DNA from: Candidatus Methanophagales archaeon
GTDB taxonomy: Archaea > Halobacteriota > Syntropharchaeia > Alkanophagales > Methanospirareceae
NCBI GenBank assembly: GCA_024699715.1
Contig: JANPRD010000002.1
Location: 219,372 to 283,371, forward strand
Length of the DNA: 64,000 nt
Direction of reading: 5' to 3'
Below the pieces are notes generated by a model. That model worked only from the letters and a program-made list of their open reading frames with translations. It did not search any database and was not told where the DNA came from. The translations under genes were made by a program, and so were the position numbers. Below, one piece after another: positions 60,740 through 64,000 of the stretch. Each line of letters starts with the position of its first letter. Positions within the stretch are counted from its first letter, which is position 1.

Positions 60740-61881
60740 TTCTTAATGCCCGTGAGAAACTCACGCTCAAAGTCAAAGACAACGGTGGAATTCCCACCTT
60801 TAGTTATTTTAAGTTTCCTCGTAGCGTCAATTTCTCCAACAATATTCGCATCAATACCAGCATCTTCAAATATATTTATGCATTCCTTGCCATCTTCCAC
60901 ATCTTTAACAGTCAAAATGAAGCCCATTCCGGGATAAATTTTCAGCCATCGCTCCATCGTCATTTCATTTTCAGGCGGCTTCGGTATTTTAGGAATCTCA
61001 ACAGTTGCGCCGACGCCTGAAGTTTCGAGGAGCATCGCAAGAGTTCCGATGACACCGGGATTTGAGATGTCTTTTCCTGCGGTTGCGAGATGTCTTTCGC
61101 CGATTTCAACCATGGTGGAGAGGCGTTTCTTTATTTCTGAATGCGTTTTTTCCGTTGTAGAATCCCAACCCATGCGGAATTTTGAGCGGGTTTTCCCATC
61201 TGTGTCTATTGCAACAATCACCTTATCGCCTGGTCTCGCACCGTTTGAGAAAATAACGCAATTTTTACGCACAGTCCCGACGATTGCGACATCAACAGCG
61301 TCGTAATGCGTGTCAGGATGGACATGCCCGCCTACCATGGGGACGCCGAACTTCATGACGCCTGCGTGTAAGCCTTCCGCAATCCTTTCCCTGACTTCTT
61401 CCTTTGCAGAGGCAATCACATTCACCATCGCAAGAGGCTTTCCGCCCATCGCAGCGATGTCATTCACATTCACGAGGACTGCGCAATATCCCGCCCACCA
61501 AGGGTCTGCTTCAAGCAGGCGACCCCAGATGCCATCTATTGCTACGAGCACATACTCTTCGCTGCCGACATCAATGACCGCAGCGTCCTCACCGAATCCC
61601 GCAACAGTCCTACCGCCGACGGCGTCTATGCCTCCGAACAACCGCATTAAATCGCTTATCGCTCGCTTACGCTGAACGCCCTCGTATTTCCTGACAGATT
61701 CCGCAATCCTCTTCAAATCCGCTTCATAACTGCTCTTCTCGCTCCCTCTCCCCTCGTCTATCATCGCTTTCACCACCACTACCACACTTCTCAATTCCAT
61801 CTCGTAATGCGAAGCCTCCCCTTCTTTCTCCTTTCCTTCCGCTGTCCTTCTTCGGAACGCCATCTGAAGAAGAGAGAGCAT
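60736..61881 (-). CDS. AIR-synthase-related (PurM/ThiL/HypE superfamily) protein, possibly methanogenesis-marker-2-like
   Basis: GEDAAVIDVG, NVNDIAAMGGKP and VGGHVH motifs. The true start may be the internal Met at 61800. The marker-2 link is memory-based. Confidence 0.55.
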   Translation of the reverse strand: MLSLLQMAFRRRTAEGKEKEGEASHYEMELRSVVVVVKAMIDEGRGSEKSSYEADLKRIAESVRKYEGVQRKRAISDLMRLFGGIDAVGGRTVAGFGEDAAVIDVGSEEYVLVAIDGIWGRLLEADPWWAGYCAVLVNVNDIAAMGGKPLAMVNVIASAKEEVRERIAEGLHAGVMKFGVPMVGGHVHPDTHYDAVDVAIVGTVRKNCVIFSNGARPGDKVIVAIDTDGKTRSKFRMGWDSTTEKTHSEIKKRLSTMVEIGERHLATAGKDISNPGVIGTLAMLLETSGVGATVEIPKIPKPPENEMTMERWLKIYPGMGFILTVKDVEDGKECINIFEDAGIDANIVGEIDATRKLKITKGGNSTVVFDFEREFLTGIKK

Positions 61882-62797
61882 TATTCACGATTCCCTCAAC
61901 CTCCTGCACATCCCTCACGACAAAATCCGCAACATCAAATAACTCTTTGGGGCGTTCCGCCTCTATTTGAAGCGAAAGCACCGCTATATCCGCCGCACAC
62001 ATCGCATAATAGTCATTCTTGTCGTCGCCTACCATTATCACTTTCTCGTATCTCTGCCTCAATCTCTTCACAAGCCTGCATTTATCCCCAGGCTTCAGCA
62101 TGCCAAAAATATTCTCAGGCGGAACTCCTCTGAAGAAAGGAGCTACTTCCTCCCCTTCTATCCTGTCACCAGAGGCGATGAAGACTGCCACATCCCTGCG
62201 ACGAAGCTCTTCAAGCAACCGAACAGCACCCTGAAACAGGTTCAATCCGCCTGAAATCACATATTTTATGCCCTCTCCCTCTTTCAACGCCGGCGTAGAC
62301 GCAGCAGACGAAGAAGAGGACGCAGACGAAGACAAGGACAAGGGAGGGGAAGGATGAGATACAACGCTCACGACGAGACCCGTGCCGATGACGGGAAGAA
62401 TATCACAATTCAGCAGAATTGATATTGTTTCATGCACATCGCCCAACTTCACTCGCTTATCAGAGAGGACTACTCGCTCCACTTCTTCATCGCTGAAATG
62501 CCTGCTCTTGTAAACGACAACAATCGGAACCCTCTTCTTCTTTAAGAAATCCGAGAGCGGTTCAAGACATTCTTCTCCTCGCATCAATTCACGAATTTCT
62601 GCACGAAGCATGACAAATGCACCGCCGACCTTGTCTGCGAGGTGTATGCCTGAAAGCTTGCTCTGCCTCACCTCTCCTCGTTCAATATCCTTAACGATGC
62701 GAACAGGCTCATAAATAACTCCCGCACCGTCAAATACAACCGCTAAACGATTTCTTCGCTCCATTCCTCCACATCCTTCATATCCTGCTCCTCTCAC
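61724..62797 (-). CDS. HAD-superfamily hydrolase (soluble P-type-ATPase-like) with a Ser-rich insert
   Basis: VVFDGAGVIY (motif I-like) and IMVGDDKNDYYAM (motif IV). The low-complexity C-terminal tail overlaps the next ORF by 158 nt. Confidence 0.6.
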   Translation of the reverse strand: MRGAGYEGCGGMERRNRLAVVFDGAGVIYEPVRIVKDIERGEVRQSKLSGIHLADKVGGAFVMLRAEIRELMRGEECLEPLSDFLKKKRVPIVVVYKSRHFSDEEVERVVLSDKRVKLGDVHETISILLNCDILPVIGTGLVVSVVSHPSPPLSLSSSASSSSSAASTPALKEGEGIKYVISGGLNLFQGAVRLLEELRRRDVAVFIASGDRIEGEEVAPFFRGVPPENIFGMLKPGDKCRLVKRLRQRYEKVIMVGDDKNDYYAMCAADIAVLSLQIEAERPKELFDVADFVVRDVQEVEGIVNNALSSSDGVPKKDSGRKGERRGGFALRDGIEKCGSGGESDDRRGEREREEQL

Positions 62798-62913
62798 ACG
62801 CTCTACGCTATCCCTTCACGCTTTTCGTTACCCGCTACCTTTAATTCATTCCGCTTAAAAAGTTAGAAGGAATCTCGTTTGTGTGATGAGGTGCGGGGTG
62901 AGCGAGGGGGGAA

Positions 62914-64000
62914 ATGAGTGAGGAGCTGACTGAGCGATGGGAGGAATTTTTAAGGAAGTATTACTGGGATGAAGTAGTTGCGCTTTCGCTTTCAGATGTG
63001 AAGTCGCTGCGTGTGAAATTTTCGGATGTGCTGAAGTTTGACGGAAGTCTTGCGGACATGATTCTTGAGCATCCTGAAATTGCACTTGAATGTGCGAAGG
63101 ATGCACTAAGGAGAATAGACGAGACGCTTGAGGATGCACATGTGCGCATTTATGGTATTCCTGTGCGAAAGAAGATTCGTGAAATAAGGAGCGAAGACAT
63201 CGGAAGGTTAATTTGTGTTGAAGGTTTAGTGCTGAAAGCGACGGAAGTTCGCCCAAAAGTTGTAGTTGCGAGGTTTGAATGCCCGCTCTGCCACAATGTT
63301 TTTGAAATTTCGCAATCTGAGAGTGGAGATGCGCCGAACAGGTTTAAAGAGCCTGAATTGTGTGAGAGTTGCGGTCGTAAGGCGAAGCGTTTCAAACTGC
63401 TCACTGCGGAGAGCATATTCGTGAATGCTCAAAAGATAAGAGTTCAAGAGGCACCAGAGGAGTTGCGAGGCGGTGAGCTTCCGCAGATAATAGATGTGAA
63501 TTTGGAGGATGATTTGGCAGGAATAGTGTCTCCCGGCGACAGAGTAGAGGTCATAGGCATTCTTAAATCGTTTCAAAGGCGAACACACATGGGTGCGACG
63601 CCGTTTTTTGATGTCTATTTGGAGGGTGTGTGGATAGAGAGGAAGGAAGGGGAGTTTGAAGAGATTGAGATTTCTGATGAAGATGAGCGTTCAATAAAGG
63701 AATTGGCATCACAGCCCGACATTTACGAGAAGTTGCGTGAAAGTATAGCGCCATTCATATACGGATACGACGAGATAAAGGAGGCGTTGCTTCTTCAGCT
63801 CTTCGGAGGCGTGCCGAAAGAGCTTCCAGACGGGACGAGAATAAGAGGGGACATTCACATTCTTTTAGTTGGCGACCCTGGCGTTGCGAAGTCGCAGATG
63901 CTCTCTCACATCGTTGAGCTTGCGCCTCGTGGCATTTACACGGGGGGAAAAAGTTCAACAGGCGCAGGACTTACTGCCGTTGCTGTTCGTGATGAGTTCG
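62914..64000 (+). CDS. mcm: MCM replicative helicase; 3' end outside the window. Not in the supplied ORF track because no stop occurs before nt 64000
   Basis: My own translation from ATG 62914: MSEELTERWEEFLRKYYWDE..., zinc motif CPLCHN...CESCG, IYGYDEIKEALLLQLFGG, Walker A ILLVGDPGVAKSQ. Confidence 0.9.
   Translation, partial: MSEELTERWEEFLRKYYWDEVVALSLSDVKSLRVKFSDVLKFDGSLADMILEHPEIALECAKDALRRIDETLEDAHVRIYGIPVRKKIREIRSEDIGRLICVEGLVLKATEVRPKVVVARFECPLCHNVFEISQSESGDAPNRFKEPELCESCGRKAKRFKLLTAESIFVNAQKIRVQEAPEELRGGELPQIIDVNLEDDLAGIVSPGDRVEVIGILKSFQRRTHMGATPFFDVYLEGVWIERKEGEFEEIEISDEDERSIKELASQPDIYEKLRESIAPFIYGYDEIKEALLLQLFGGVPKELPDGTRIRGDIHILLVGDPGVAKSQMLSHIVELAPRGIYTGGKSSTGAGLTAVAVRDEF

Overview
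Archaeal (euryarchaeote-like) chromosomal segment. Lineage markers are H4MPT-type C1 genes (fwdB fragment, ftr), ycaO, a CofH-family radical SAM gene, gatE, priL, ATP-dependent DNA ligase and mcm. I can support about 60 protein genes and 2 tRNAs (Arg-GCG, Lys-CUU). Other content: a complete but locally damaged archaellum (fla/arl) operon with an adjacent REC-HEAT-HTH gene; a cbiM-PDGLE-cbiQ-cbiO ECF transporter; one decayed IS607-type element (tnpA + tnpB). Three AT-rich patches carry P-loop sensor-type NTPases, two of them with long tandem helical-repeat arrays. The most interesting candidate is a YcaO gene directly next to a radical-SAM enzyme that ends in a ThiS/MoaD-like Gly-Gly domain, with no TfuA. 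I cannot match this to a described system. Next is an archaeal cyclase-like/STAND/HEAT-repeat gene. Three window-wide properties need attention. (1) There are more than 25 reading-frame breaks, including in housekeeping genes (gatE, ftr, nadA, flaJ, flaB), several at short homopolymers. Sequence error versus real decay is unresolved. (2) GA-rich low-complexity inserts sit inside otherwise conserved enzymes. (3) Polypurine leaders precede many start codons. No CRISPR array, rRNA or prophage was seen. All family assignments come from motif recognition by eye and memory, not from searches.
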